Shown: piece by piece, positions 10,478-20,945 of the stretch | Position numbering within the stretch: the stretch's first letter is position 1 | How the letters are laid out: each line of letters begins with the position of its first letter | Assembly: GCA_016861245.1 (NCBI GenBank) | Contig: BOKZ01000001.1 | Location: 280,962 to 344,961, forward strand | Length of the DNA stretch: 64,000 bases | Source: Patescibacteria group bacterium | GTDB lineage: Bacteria; Patescibacteriota; UBA1384; 2-12-FULL-50-11 | Direction of reading: 5' to 3' | Program-made: the position numbers and the translations under genes | The notes under the pieces: model-generated | The model's input: the letters and a program-made list of their open reading frames with translations, nothing else | Databases searched by the model: none | What the model was told of the DNA's origin: nothing

Positions 10478-10765
10478 TTAGCCGACGGATTGCAAGAACT
10501 TCTTGGGGCAGGGCTGCCCATCCACCAGAGCGCGTTGGACGTAGCGCGGAATGTGTTGGTCGTGACCATCCTTCTTCAGCTCGGCGATTCCCTCCCGGGT
10601 CGCGTCGATCCGCCGAAGCGTCTTGTGCGGTTTGTCGAGTAGACGGCTCGACCTTTGCACGGCGCGGTAGACCTGGTTGATGATCCTGCTTCTCGGATTG
10701 GCTCCGATGTGTTGGGCAGCAGCTACCATGAGCTGCCGTTCGTTCTTACAGTTACTGAGTTGCAA
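10478..10765 (-). pseudogene. C-terminal fragment of a tyrosine recombinase/integrase, GC-rich.
   Basis: HKTLRR...GH...RYVQ resembles the HxxR...H...Y catalytic tail. There is no N-terminal or core-binding domain. GC is clearly above the surroundings. It lies beside tRNA-Ser. Confidence 0.4.
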
Positions 10766-10898
10766 TGTGTATTACCCTCCGATGTTCGCCTCCGTTTTTG
10801 CGGAAACGTTTTAGAATGATACTAAAAAATGTCCGAAAGATCCAGTAGTTTCTCGGTATACTCTTCTGGTCCCGTATCTGTTATTCTCCGTGTAAGCG

Positions 10899-12650
10899 AT
10901 GAACGAAGTTGAGGAAATAAAGGGACGGCTGGATCTTGTTGATTTGATTAGTCAGTACGTCGTTTTAAAGAAAGCCGGTACTAACTACAAAGGCGTCTGC
11001 CCGTTTCATCAGGAGAAAACGCCGTCGATGATGGTTAGCCCGCAAAAACAGATCTGGAAGTGCTTCGGCTGCGGTAAGGGCGGCGATCACTACACGTTCG
11101 TAATGGAGGCCGAACACCTTGAGTTCGGCGACGCTCTTAGACTCTTAGCACAGAAAGCTGGGGTTACGTTGCAGCCGCGAACTACGGCTGAGCATCAAAG
11201 CCAGGGTCGCAAGGAGCTGCTCTATCGAGTAAATAAACTGGCAGCAGCGATATTCCAAAAAGTTTTATTTGGGACACCAGAAGGTAAAGCGGCTTTGGCG
11301 TATCTAGAGTCGCGTCAAATTTCAACAGATTCGTTAAAGGAGTTTGGTGTCGGATTTGCTTCGAAACGCATCTCGTTGCAAAAATTGATGGCTAGCAAAG
11401 GGGTAACCGCCACCGATCTACAGCGCGCTGGCTCTCCGGAGAAATTCTTCGATCGAATTATATTCCCAATCTACGACGTACTTGGGAACGTTATCGCCTT
11501 TACCGGTCGCTCGCTCGGAGACGCCCAGCCAAAGTATCTCAACTCTCCTGAAACTCAATTATTCTCAAAAGGCCGGGTTCTATACGGACTGCATCTGGCA
11601 AAGGCTGGTATTAAAAAAGAAGATCGAGTGATTTTAGTTGAGGGCCAGCTGGATGTTATCGCGCTGCATCAGGCCGGTGTTACTGAAGTTGTTGCCAGTT
11701 CGGGGACTGCTGTAACCGAGCAGCAGCTTCAGATTCTCTCTAAATACACTCAAAATTTCGTCCTCGGCTTCGACGGCGACGCAGCCGGCGTCAGTACGAC
11801 CGAGAAAGTTGTTCAACTACTACTCAAGAACGACCTGAGCGGTCGGGTGTTAAGTTTTGGTTCGTATAAAGATGCCGGCGAACTTTTTGAAAAAGCCCCG
11901 AAGACGTGGGCAGACACACTAAAAAGCGCTACAGAAATGGTCGATTGGCTTATTAACCAGAAAGTTAGAGCTGTTGGTTCCCTCCAATTTATCGAGAACA
12001 AAAAGAAATTAACCTCTATGATTTTGCCGACGCTGCAGCTGGTTCCAGACGCCACAAGACTCGACTACTACGTTCAGCGTCTTGCCTCACTGTTACAAGT
12101 TAGCTCGGAAAGCTTATACACAACCTTAAAAAAAACGAGCCAACCAAAAACTCCAGACACTGGCAGCTCAAGAGTAGTCGAAAAGCCGCCCACGCTAACC
12201 AATGAGGAGCAGCTACTTGCACTACTTCTCTCTAACCCGTCTGGGATTAAGCGTCATCTTAAAAAAATTGAAGACGTAGTTTGGCAGAGCATGGATGCCG
12301 AGCTGATTGCTTCTTCAATCAAGAAGTGGTACACTGATGAAACTTTGGTGAAGAACCCGTCTCGCTTTTCTTCACAGGTGAAAACCGACCTTGACTCACG
12401 CATAAGTGAGAAAATTGACTCGTGGCAATTTTGGCTCTCTTCCCAATGGGAGCAGCTTTCGCCGGCGCTTACGGAAGAGCTGCTACAGGAAAAATTCTCT
12501 CAACTCTCAACAAAACAATACGATCAGCAAAAATCCGCGCTAGCTAGCGGTATTCAACGAGCGCAGCAGGCCGGCGATTTAACGGAAGTAAAGCGGTTAA
12601 TGAACGAATTAAACGAACTATCAAAACAAACTAAGGAGAATAACGTATGA
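10899..12650 (+). CDS. dnaG: DNA primase.
   Basis: CHC2 zinc finger [13 protein letters not shown]...CFGCGKGGD followed by a TOPRIM domain. Classic dnaG-rpoD arrangement. Confidence 0.95.
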   Translation: MNEVEEIKGRLDLVDLISQYVVLKKAGTNYKGVCPFHQEKTPSMMVSPQKQIWKCFGCGKGGDHYTFVMEAEHLEFGDALRLLAQKAGVTLQPRTTAEHQSQGRKELLYRVNKLAAAIFQKVLFGTPEGKAALAYLESRQISTDSLKEFGVGFASKRISLQKLMASKGVTATDLQRAGSPEKFFDRIIFPIYDVLGNVIAFTGRSLGDAQPKYLNSPETQLFSKGRVLYGLHLAKAGIKKEDRVILVEGQLDVIALHQAGVTEVVASSGTAVTEQQLQILSKYTQNFVLGFDGDAAGVSTTEKVVQLLLKNDLSGRVLSFGSYKDAGELFEKAPKTWADTLKSATEMVDWLINQKVRAVGSLQFIENKKKLTSMILPTLQLVPDATRLDYYVQRLASLLQVSSESLYTTLKKTSQPKTPDTGSSRVVEKPPTLTNEEQLLALLLSNPSGIKRHLKKIEDVVWQSMDAELIASSIKKWYTDETLVKNPSRFSSQVKTDLDSRISEKIDSWQFWLSSQWEQLSPALTEELLQEKFSQLSTKQYDQQKSALASGIQRAQQAGDLTEVKRLMNELNELSKQTKENNV

Positions 12651-13768
12651 CAAAAGCAGTACCGAAAAAAATAAAGCAAGACGTCGGCCTTAATTTTCCT
12701 GAAGAGCTGATGTACCTTATTCGCAAAGGCCGGGCGCACGGATTCGTTACATATAAAGAAATCTTGCAGAGCTTCACCGAGCCGGAAAATGATTTAGAGG
12801 TAGTCGACGAGTTTATGCGCTACCTTGATACGATCGGGGTTGAGTTACGCGAACCAAAACCCTTACTCGACATTCCCGAAATAGAAACCGGCAAGAAAAA
12901 AGTAGTCAAAGACGACGACATTACCGGACTCAGCGAAGACTCGGTCCGCATGTATCTTCGTGAGATCGGTCAGTACCCGCTCTTAACTGGTGACGAAGAG
13001 GTTCGATTAGCCAAACGGATTGAGCGTGGTGATAAGGCAGCCAAACGAAAACTAGCCGAAGCTAATCTTCGATTAGTCGTCTCGATTGCCAAAAAATACA
13101 TCGGTCGCGGTTTATCGCTTTTGGATTTAATCCAAGAAGGAAATCTTGGTCTGCATCGGGCGGTAGAGAAGTTCGATTACAAAAAAGGCTTTAAGTTCTC
13201 GACGTACGCCACGTGGTGGATCCGCCAAGCAATTACCCGAGCGATCGCCGACCAAGCTCGCACTATTCGTATCCCAGTTCATATGGTCGAGACCATCAAC
13301 CGATATATGCGTACGCAACGCGAACTTCAACAGGAGCTCGGTCGCGAGCCAACCCACGAAGAGTTAGCCAAAAAACTCGGCGTCGAGCTCGATAAGCTCG
13401 AACACATTATGAAAATCTCACAAGAAACAGTTTCGCTTGAATCCCCTGTTGGCGACGAAGGCGACTCGAGCCTAGGCGAGTTCATTGAAGATAAAAATAC
13501 GATCTCACCAGAAGAGCAAGCGATTTATCAGTTGATGAAAGGTCACGTCGAGGAGTCGCTCTCGATTTTAACGCCACGCGAACAAAAAATCTTGCGAATG
13601 CGTTTTGGCTTAGATGCCGAGGAAGGCTCAGCTCGTACCCATACGTTGGAAGAAGTCGGAAAAGAGTTCGGTGTTACTCGCGAGCGTATCCGACAGATAG
13701 AAGCTAAAGCATTACAAAAACTCAAAAAACACGAAGAAGCCTCAAAGCTCAAAGACTACTTAAACTAG
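12647..13768 (+). CDS. rpoD: RNA polymerase sigma-70 factor, primary.
   Basis: Region 2 [27 protein letters not shown], region 4 HTH, and a 4-bp overlap with dnaG. Confidence 0.92.
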   Translation: MTKAVPKKIKQDVGLNFPEELMYLIRKGRAHGFVTYKEILQSFTEPENDLEVVDEFMRYLDTIGVELREPKPLLDIPEIETGKKKVVKDDDITGLSEDSVRMYLREIGQYPLLTGDEEVRLAKRIERGDKAAKRKLAEANLRLVVSIAKKYIGRGLSLLDLIQEGNLGLHRAVEKFDYKKGFKFSTYATWWIRQAITRAIADQARTIRIPVHMVETINRYMRTQRELQQELGREPTHEELAKKLGVELDKLEHIMKISQETVSLESPVGDEGDSSLGEFIEDKNTISPEEQAIYQLMKGHVEESLSILTPREQKILRMRFGLDAEEGSARTHTLEEVGKEFGVTRERIRQIEAKALQKLKKHEEASKLKDYLN

Positions 13769-13804
13769 CGTTGTAATGTTATTCGAATTTGCTACGCTCG
13801 TAGT

Positions 13805-14140
13805 ATGAGTAATATTGGGCTAGAAGACGTATTACAGAAGAGCTTGTTTGAGGTTTCTGAACTTGAGGGACTGTCTGAGGAAGAAAAGGCAGACGTTTTT
13901 CAGAAAGCGTATGAGACGGTGATGAATCGAGTAATGCTGCGAGTCGCCGACCAGCTCGATGAACAAGGTCTAGATAAATTAAAAGAACTGATTAATGCTG
14001 GTGATGCCAAGGCTGTTCAGGCGTTCTTTGAAGAAAACGGTATTGATATTGATCAGATTGCCACGACAGAATCACTTGCGTATAAGGTAGAGATGGCTTC
14101 TATCTCTGAGACGCTGCGCGGTCAGCACCAGAGTAACTAA
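13805..14140 (+). CDS. Small acidic hypothetical protein.
   Basis: ORF only; tightly coupled to the downstream large gene (stop at 14140, start at 14142). Confidence 0.4.
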   Translation: MSNIGLEDVLQKSLFEVSELEGLSEEEKADVFQKAYETVMNRVMLRVADQLDEQGLDKLKELINAGDAKAVQAFFEENGIDIDQIATTESLAYKVEMASISETLRGQHQSN

Positions 14141-14141
14141 A

Positions 14142-16991
14142 ATGTCGGAGCTGAGGGGCGCTGATGCTGGCCAAGATCCGGAAGTTTATGAATTAAGCCC
14201 CGACGAGTGGAAAGATACCACTGAGGAAGTAGCCGAAAAACCAGAGAGCGAACCAACCCCGGAAGAGCCTGCTCCACTGATTTCACCCGAGAACGCCGAT
14301 ACGGTTGTCGATAATAAACAGGAACGCGAGAAATTCGCTATTAATTACGTTGAGCAGGCCCGACAGCGAAGTATCGAAGAGATCGCGGAGCGTTATAAAA
14401 TTAGTGAGGGTAATGTACTTAGCCGATTTATTAAGCAAACCAAAGCTGTATTTGCAGGTGAATACTCTGACTTAAAAATCTCTGAACGAGTTGCTGATGC
14501 AAAGCCTGAAGAGCAAGCCAAAGAACTTAAAAAAGCATTTCGATTATTAGGTCGTGATGGCGCACTTCGTCTCGGCAAAATTGGTGTAAAAACCGGTGTT
14601 GCTGGTGGTATCGGTGCAGGTATTGCCGCAATACTCGGTGGGACAGTCGGCTCGCCTGTCTTTCTAGCGGCGTTGGCTGGCGGTGCTGCGGCGCGAGGGG
14701 CCTTCGAGCTTTACCGACATTTTAAGAAGGATGAACGTGAGGGTAGAACCAAAGTTATCGAATCTCGCTCTAAGGTATTTGCCGAGGCAGCCAGGCTTCA
14801 AGACCAAGCTGTGGATCTAGTCATGGAGCGCGAGGAGGCCGACGAAGAACGAAGGGTGGAAATCGACAAACAACTTGCAGAACTCCATCAATACTTTATT
14901 GACCTCACTCATTATGAAAGCTACCAGGCACTTTATGCGGAAAATAAAGTGGAGAAGGAACTCAGTGGTTTAGCTGAAACGCAAAGACTTGGCTATGACA
15001 AGATGCGTCTTGAAAAAAAACGAGAGAAGGTAGCCGACATTATTGCAGCAGGTGGTTCAATATTAGGTGGGCTGGGAGGATATGCAATTCAGGAGAGCTT
15101 GCTTAATGCCGATATTGATAAAGTTCGTGGGGTATGGGCAGATTTTGATAAAGATGGAATACAACATTTTGTCGAAAAAATTAACCCGAGTGATATCGCT
15201 AGCGCCGATCCAGGGTTTGCCCAACAACTCGAAAAAACAGGAGGTTTTGTCTTTAACTACAACGGTGGAACTGCGGCGGCTGAGTTTGGCGTCAATAAGG
15301 CTGCCGAAGTTACAACAGCCGTGTTAAATAATGGTAGCGAAGTTCACGTATTATCAGGTCTCAACGATAGTATCTTCCGCAACTTGATAGTGCAAAATAA
15401 TCCCGAACTTGCTGAGCGCGCTGCTGCGTTAGCCGGATCGTTCTGGAAAGAAGCTGTGCCAATAGCTGGGGCACAGCTGCAGTTCTTGGCTGAGTTCTTT
15501 TCATCTGTTAAAAAGAGTGGCGGAGAACCCAAGGCAACTGAATCAAAATCTGATGATAATCGGCTAGCATTACCGGGCGGCGAAGCTAAAGCGTTACCGA
15601 TGCGCAAAAAACCAGAAGAATCGGGCGTTGATAAAACGGATGGCGAGCAAGCAGCTCTTAACGCCCGTGACCAAAAAGAATTACCAGCTGGTGAAAATGG
15701 CAAGAACTTACCGGTTCGGTGGGCCGAAAAAGACACTACTGGTCATCAAGAAATCCTTGAAGGTGTTGAAGAGGATATTAGCAAGGCTTTCCTGGAGGCT
15801 TATAACGAAAAAGGCGATAAGAAAGTTGAACCAGAAAGTAGTGACGCTGCGTCGATAGTTGAAGATGTTGAGAAGCTGTATTCGTTTGGAGCTTCTGAAT
15901 TAGACGAAGATACGTTAAACACATTTGGGATCACAATGAGCAAGACTCCAGCACCAGACGGTCGTTCGGTCACGTCGATCTTCTTGAAAAACAAAGACAA
16001 TTTCTCCCAATCTATTAAGTTAGAATATCCGGAGCCAGAGTACGATCGCGAAGGGCGGCCGTTGCCGAACCCGCCTAAGATTGTTCTTGGTAGAACTGAT
16101 TCACGGGAGAAAGATGGTTGGAAAGTTATAACAAACCCATCAAGCAAAGAAGTGACAGCTCTGCTTAACGAGATTGTTGACCGGTTTGAAGATGCTAACG
16201 CCAAGAAACAGCTTCAAAAGGAAGAACCGGTGCCCATCACTGTTAACGGCCAGCCTAATATTAATACTGTAAGGGTAGAAGCAAATAAGAGCGTTGAGGA
16301 GAACGAAGCGAGCGTAAAGTTTGAAGATATAGCCCAAGGTGACGTACTTTTCTTGAGAGTTCCTGAGGGTGATTCAAGCCGAATCGGCACTACTGTTCTG
16401 CGAAGCGGTGAGAAAGAAAATGGTTTGGTAAAAATCACCGTAGATCGAGTCGATTCAAAGCGTCAAACGATCGTTACTAAGGTTGGCAAAATTGCTCAAC
16501 CATTTGTGTATTCAACGATCGAATCAATGGTAGTTGGGCGAAATCTAGAATCATCTCAATCGGAGGAAGTTACAGAACAAGATCGGTCCCCAACCGAAGA
16601 AGAAAATCCAAATCATACTCAACAACCTGAAAAACAAGTAGAGCAGCTAATCCAAGCTCCCGAGCCAGAACCGGAGTCAGAGTCTGAGCCCGACAAGGAG
16701 TTGTACGATTTAATTACAGAGGCGGGTAAAACCCCAGACGATTTCGCCGAGGGCCAGTCAATTAATTTTTCTGAAGCAGCGGATAACAGCGAACAAGCAG
16801 CAGAGATTAAAGAGGCATTAAATATCCCTCGCTCGCAAAAACTATCGGAGACTCCGCTTTCAATACTAATGGCAGAAGGCGTTGGAGAACCGGAGACCAT
16901 AGACTTTAATATTACTTTAATGCGTGATGAAGGTGACCAACAGTACGATCATACTATCTCGCTCCGGGAGCTAATTAAATTAATCAAATAA
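14142..16991 (+). CDS. Large (949 aa) acidic hypothetical protein with a glycine-zipper membrane segment.
   Basis: Gly/Ala-rich TM block GVAGGIGAGIAAILGGTVGSPVFLAALAGGAAARGAF. Coiled-coil and acidic low-complexity regions. Bidirectional terminator at 17000-17040. Confidence 0.5.
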   Translation: MSELRGADAGQDPEVYELSPDEWKDTTEEVAEKPESEPTPEEPAPLISPENADTVVDNKQEREKFAINYVEQARQRSIEEIAERYKISEGNVLSRFIKQTKAVFAGEYSDLKISERVADAKPEEQAKELKKAFRLLGRDGALRLGKIGVKTGVAGGIGAGIAAILGGTVGSPVFLAALAGGAAARGAFELYRHFKKDEREGRTKVIESRSKVFAEAARLQDQAVDLVMEREEADEERRVEIDKQLAELHQYFIDLTHYESYQALYAENKVEKELSGLAETQRLGYDKMRLEKKREKVADIIAAGGSILGGLGGYAIQESLLNADIDKVRGVWADFDKDGIQHFVEKINPSDIASADPGFAQQLEKTGGFVFNYNGGTAAAEFGVNKAAEVTTAVLNNGSEVHVLSGLNDSIFRNLIVQNNPELAERAAALAGSFWKEAVPIAGAQLQFLAEFFSSVKKSGGEPKATESKSDDNRLALPGGEAKALPMRKKPEESGVDKTDGEQAALNARDQKELPAGENGKNLPVRWAEKDTTGHQEILEGVEEDISKAFLEAYNEKGDKKVEPESSDAASIVEDVEKLYSFGASELDEDTLNTFGITMSKTPAPDGRSVTSIFLKNKDNFSQSIKLEYPEPEYDREGRPLPNPPKIVLGRTDSREKDGWKVITNPSSKEVTALLNEIVDRFEDANAKKQLQKEEPVPITVNGQPNINTVRVEANKSVEENEASVKFEDIAQGDVLFLRVPEGDSSRIGTTVLRSGEKENGLVKITVDRVDSKRQTIVTKVGKIAQPFVYSTIESMVVGRNLESSQSEEVTEQDRSPTEEENPNHTQQPEKQVEQLIQAPEPEPESESEPDKELYDLITEAGKTPDDFAEGQSINFSEAADNSEQAAEIKEALNIPRSQKLSETPLSILMAEGVGEPETIDFNITLMRDEGDQQYDHTISLRELIKLIK

Positions 16992-17066
16992 AAATTAGAT
17001 AAAAAAAGAGGACCGTCTCGTTGGCTGGTGCCATTGAGAACGGTCCGTTGTGGATTCATTGTTGCG

Positions 17067-17714
17067 CTACTGCTTGAGCGCTTCCTGCAGAAGCTGCAGT
17101 AGAGTGCCGGGGTCGGGGCGTTCGAAGCCGCGCTGCTCGCAGTAGTCCGCGAAAACTCCGAGTCGCTTCTCGATCCGTGCGTACTCAGGCTGAGGCTTGT
17201 TGGCCTCCGCCCGAAGCTGCTTTGCAGCGCTGAAGTTGATGTTGCCGAGATCATCGAGCAACGGAAGGATGTTACTGGCCGTCACCTTCTGCGGCTTGGC
17301 CAGCTTCGCATTCGTCTGCGACTCCTCGAGTCGCCGGTTGGCGTTGGCGAGACGTTTGGTGAGTTCGTTGTTCTCACCCTCCTTCGTGTTGCTGTCGGCT
17401 CTCGCCGTCTCCAGCTCGCCTTCTAGGCGCCTAATCTCCTCGCGCTCCTTGGCGCACGGTTCCTCTTCCTTGCAAGTGCAAGGTTCCGACTCCTTTTTGG
17501 GGAGGGGTTGCTCGACGATTGGCTTCGGCTCCTCCTTCTTCGGAGGCTCCGGAGCTGGGGTCGGTCGCTGAGGCGGAGTCGGCGGTGCCGTCTCCAGCCT
17601 GGCGGTAGGACGGTTTGCGTATGCCCCCCAAGCCGCGATGGCGGCCAGGACGAGCAAGACGATGATGAGGATCGCCCCGAGGGGCGTGGTCAGCATGAGG
17701 TCACTGATGTTCAT
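17067..17714 (-). CDS. GC-rich membrane-anchored proline/Glu-rich coiled-coil protein (hypothetical).
   Basis: ATG at 17714 (MNISDLML) preceded by AAGGAG. One TM helix, a PTPPQRPTPAPEPP tract, a coiled coil. GC about 60% against a 47% background. Confidence 0.5.
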   Translation of the reverse strand: MNISDLMLTTPLGAILIIVLLVLAAIAAWGAYANRPTARLETAPPTPPQRPTPAPEPPKKEEPKPIVEQPLPKKESEPCTCKEEEPCAKEREEIRRLEGELETARADSNTKEGENNELTKRLANANRRLEESQTNAKLAKPQKVTASNILPLLDDLGNINFSAAKQLRAEANKPQPEYARIEKRLGVFADYCEQRGFERPDPGTLLQLLQEALKQ

Positions 17715-17731
17715 GGTTTCTTCCCGACTCC

Positions 17732-18328
17732 TTAGCGGTGGATCCAGTAGCGTCGGCCAAAGCCGATCAGAACGATGAGAGTGAGAATCAGAACCCACCA
17801 AGTGAGTCCGTCGAACTTTCCGTTGATGCCGGCGATTGCCGGCGTCACGGCGTCCATCTCTTCCTCAAGCGTTTTTACGCGCTTTTCGGTTTTGCCTTGT
17901 CGGTCGTTAAGACCGCCTTTGCCGTTCAACTGCGACTCGTGCTTCCACACGAGGTTGCTGTGAGCATCGAGCCTAGCGTCTTGCGCCTTGTCGCGCGCCG
18001 CTTGCTGCTTTTTAAAGGCAGCCAGGGCGTTCGAGTGAGTGCGCATCCGCTTCGCGGCGCGAGCCATGCCCGGCTTGTCGCCGCGATGCCGACACTCGTT
18101 GTACTGGTTTTTTGCCTCGAAGTAATTCCGAGCCGCTACCTCAACTCCCTCCCGAGTTTCCCAGGGCGGAGGTTGATGACTCGGCAAGTTCGTGGGGTCT
18201 TGGCCGACTGGGTCGGTGCTCGTGACCGGCGGGTTCGCTCCGCCGAGTTCGTCGACGCTCTGCGCGAACGCAGAAGCTGAGCCGACGACGAGCACAATGA
18301 CGAAGAGAAGCATTTTCAGAGTCTTCAT
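17732..18328 (-). CDS. GC-rich secreted or membrane-tethered hypothetical protein.
   Basis: Signal peptide MKTLKMLLFVIVLVVGSASAFA and a C-terminal TM. Strong AAGGAGA SD. GC about 59%. Confidence 0.5.
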   Translation of the reverse strand: MKTLKMLLFVIVLVVGSASAFAQSVDELGGANPPVTSTDPVGQDPTNLPSHQPPPWETREGVEVAARNYFEAKNQYNECRHRGDKPGMARAAKRMRTHSNALAAFKKQQAARDKAQDARLDAHSNLVWKHESQLNGKGGLNDRQGKTEKRVKTLEEEMDAVTPAIAGINGKFDGLTWWVLILTLIVLIGFGRRYWIHR

Positions 18329-18530
18329 TGGTGCGTGTCTCCTTGGGCCGTCGCCGGCCGTCGTAGCAATGTCGTTATGTTTATGTGCGTCGTGGTTGTT
18401 TTCTGAACTCTCACGATGCGGCGCTAACTATACCCGAAACATTGCAAAATGTCAATAAGTTTAGACGGAATTTTTGGAATAATTTCTAATTGGTTAACAG
18501 AGTAATTTTTTAGAAAGGGGTAGGGTAAAA

Positions 18531-19331
18531 CTATTTCTTAATGCCAGTTACACAGCCAAAGCGGGCTTCGGAAATATTCTCTTCGTCGCTGCGCCGATGT
18601 GAGAAAAAGTCTGAGCTAGTACGAGTGTCGATCGGCGATTCTTCGATATGTTCCTCGTAAATCCCAGCGCTAAGTAATTGATCGTAGGCAAATCGAGAAA
18701 CGTCAACATGGTAGTGTTCAATCTCGTTATCTCTGACAATATTTTTGTCAGAGAAGGTGCATTTATTGCACCTATATATATACGGCTGCCACTGAGGAAA
18801 CTTTGTCTGGTTTATCTCTTTAAACTTAGCCGACTCCTTCTTAATGCTCGGAGACATACCTACAAGGATATTCTCAGGTTTGGCGCCGTAGTGTTCTCGA
18901 AGAGCTTGGACTGCTACTCGAGGAACTTCTCGGTGGACACCTTTCCACCCGGCGTGAGCAAGCGCTACGCAACCAGTAACAGGGTCGTAGAAGAAAAGCG
19001 CCAGACAGTCGGCGACTACAAAGAACAGAAAAACATCGGGTTTATTGGTTACTAGAATATCGGCCGACAGGAGTGACCTTGTCTCCTCGACGCCCTTACC
19101 GCGATCTTTCTCTGTTACTTCGAGAACATCAGCTTCGTGAAAGAGCTGGGCGACAGCAACTTTCTCTGGGTTAACCTCAAGTGAGGTGAAGAACTTATAT
19201 CGGTTAGCGATCACCTCGTCGTCTCGCCCGTACAAAAATGACATATTACCAAAGGCAGCGGTGGCGACGCCGTGAACCAATTCGGGGAATTTCGAGAGAT
19301 TTTGGAAACGATACGCTTCCATAGTACTCAT
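18531..19331 (-). CDS. pgeF: YfiH/PgeF (DUF152) laccase-domain purine nucleoside phosphorylase family protein.
   Basis: ADCLALFFYDP...ALAHAGWKG conserved core. Confidence 0.75.
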   Translation of the reverse strand: MSTMEAYRFQNLSKFPELVHGVATAAFGNMSFLYGRDDEVIANRYKFFTSLEVNPEKVAVAQLFHEADVLEVTEKDRGKGVEETRSLLSADILVTNKPDVFLFFVVADCLALFFYDPVTGCVALAHAGWKGVHREVPRVAVQALREHYGAKPENILVGMSPSIKKESAKFKEINQTKFPQWQPYIYRCNKCTFSDKNIVRDNEIEHYHVDVSRFAYDQLLSAGIYEEHIEESPIDTRTSSDFFSHRRSDEENISEARFGCVTGIKK

Positions 19332-19410
19332 TTTCCTTCGTTTATTGGGCGAAGCGTCGGGAACGGAATTACTTCTTTAATTGAGTGCTGGTTAGTGAGA
19401 ATACTCAGCA

Positions 19411-20895
19411 TTACTTCGTTTTCTCCTCACCAATATTCTTGATAGGTTTTAGCGTAGGAAAGGGTATAACTTCCTTTATAGAATATTGGTTCGTCAAAAT
19501 CATCGTCATTCGATCTATTCCCATTCCCCAACCGGCAGTCGGCGGCATACCGAATTTTAAAGCCTCGATGTAGTTTTCGTCGAGCATCTGCGCTTCGTCC
19601 CAACCTTCTTCGCGCATCTCCATCTGTTCACGGAATCTCGCTTCTTGATCGAGCGGATCGTTTAGCTCTGAGTACGCATTTACTAATTCAAACCCACCCG
19701 CCACAATTAGCTGGAACTTTTGTGCAGTCTCTGGCCGATCTTCGTAACGTTTGGCTAGCGGCGCGGTCGCGATCGGGTAATCGATAACGAACGTAGGTTG
19801 AACAATCTTGGGTCGGCAGGTTTTTTTGAACAGCTCATCAACCAACTCGCTCCACACTTTAATATCTTGACCCTTGAATTCAATCTTTTTTGCTTTAACA
19901 GCGGCGTTAAGCTTTTTAAAATCGTTCTCGGTGTCGATGTTAATCCCGGTCTCTTCTTCAATAAGGTCGCGATATTTTTTAACGACGAAATCACCGCTAA
20001 AGTCGAGTTTGTGACCTTGGTACTCAATAGTTAACGTACCGTTTGTTTTTTCGACTAATTCTTGAACTAGTTTTTGAGTAACACCGCGCAACCCTTCGGC
20101 TGTTTGATACGCCCAGTAAAATTCACACATCGTGAACTCTGGATTATGCATGTGAGACAATCCTTCGTTGCGGAAATCCGGGCCGATCTCGTAGACGCGC
20201 TCGAAGCCGCCCACGACTAAGCGTTTCAAATACAGCTCGTCGGAAACTCGGAGATAAAAATCGGCGTCAAGCGCGTTGTGGTGGGTAATAAACGGCCTAG
20301 CGGTGGCACCGCCTGGGATTGGCTGTAGTACCGGCGTGGTTATTTCGATGAATCCGTGGCGATCGAGAAAGTCGCGAATACCGCTAATAATGTTACTACG
20401 GGTTTTAATGATTTCTCGAGTAGATTTGTTAATCTTAAAATCCAAAGAGCGCGATCGGTAACGCGTTTCGACGTCCGTCAGGCCGTGCCAGCCCTCCGGA
20501 ATTGGTAGGAGCGATTTTGACAGTAGCTGAAATTCTTTAGCTTTTAAAGAAAGCTCGCCAGCTTTGGTAATAAACATCTCCCCCGAGATCCATACGTAAT
20601 CGCCAACGTCCAGAAGTTTCAGGAGCTCATACGACTTCTCGCCGACTTCGTCGAGCTTAAAATAAACTTGCAGTTTTTCTTCTGGATCTTCGATGTCAAA
20701 AAAGGTCGACTTGCCGTGCTCTCGAATCGCTGTAATCCGACCCACCGTTGCTGTCTTCTCGCCTTCTTTCTTTTTTCGAACCTCGCCGATTACGTGAAAG
20801 CTTGGCGTTCTGTTCGGATACGGATTGATGCCGAGCTTTTTAAGTTCGTTTAGCTTGTCTAATCGGATCTCAGCCTCAGGCTTGTTCTGACTCAT
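19411..20895 (-). CDS. lysS: Lysine--tRNA ligase, class II.
   Basis: N-terminal OB anticodon-binding domain and class II motifs 1-3; 494 aa. Confidence 0.92.
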   Translation of the reverse strand: MSQNKPEAEIRLDKLNELKKLGINPYPNRTPSFHVIGEVRKKKEGEKTATVGRITAIREHGKSTFFDIEDPEEKLQVYFKLDEVGEKSYELLKLLDVGDYVWISGEMFITKAGELSLKAKEFQLLSKSLLPIPEGWHGLTDVETRYRSRSLDFKINKSTREIIKTRSNIISGIRDFLDRHGFIEITTPVLQPIPGGATARPFITHHNALDADFYLRVSDELYLKRLVVGGFERVYEIGPDFRNEGLSHMHNPEFTMCEFYWAYQTAEGLRGVTQKLVQELVEKTNGTLTIEYQGHKLDFSGDFVVKKYRDLIEEETGINIDTENDFKKLNAAVKAKKIEFKGQDIKVWSELVDELFKKTCRPKIVQPTFVIDYPIATAPLAKRYEDRPETAQKFQLIVAGGFELVNAYSELNDPLDQEARFREQMEMREEGWDEAQMLDENYIEALKFGMPPTAGWGMGIDRMTMILTNQYSIKEVIPFPTLKPIKNIGEEKTK

Positions 20896-20945
20896 ACCAA
20901 GATTCTACCTGAAAACCCCCATTATTAGGAGCTCCTTTCAATAAA

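Noticed and set aside
10462-10680. Plus-strand 72-aa ORF.
   Set aside because: Antisense shadow of the integrase fragment in GC-rich DNA; Arg-rich, which is typical of a GC artefact.
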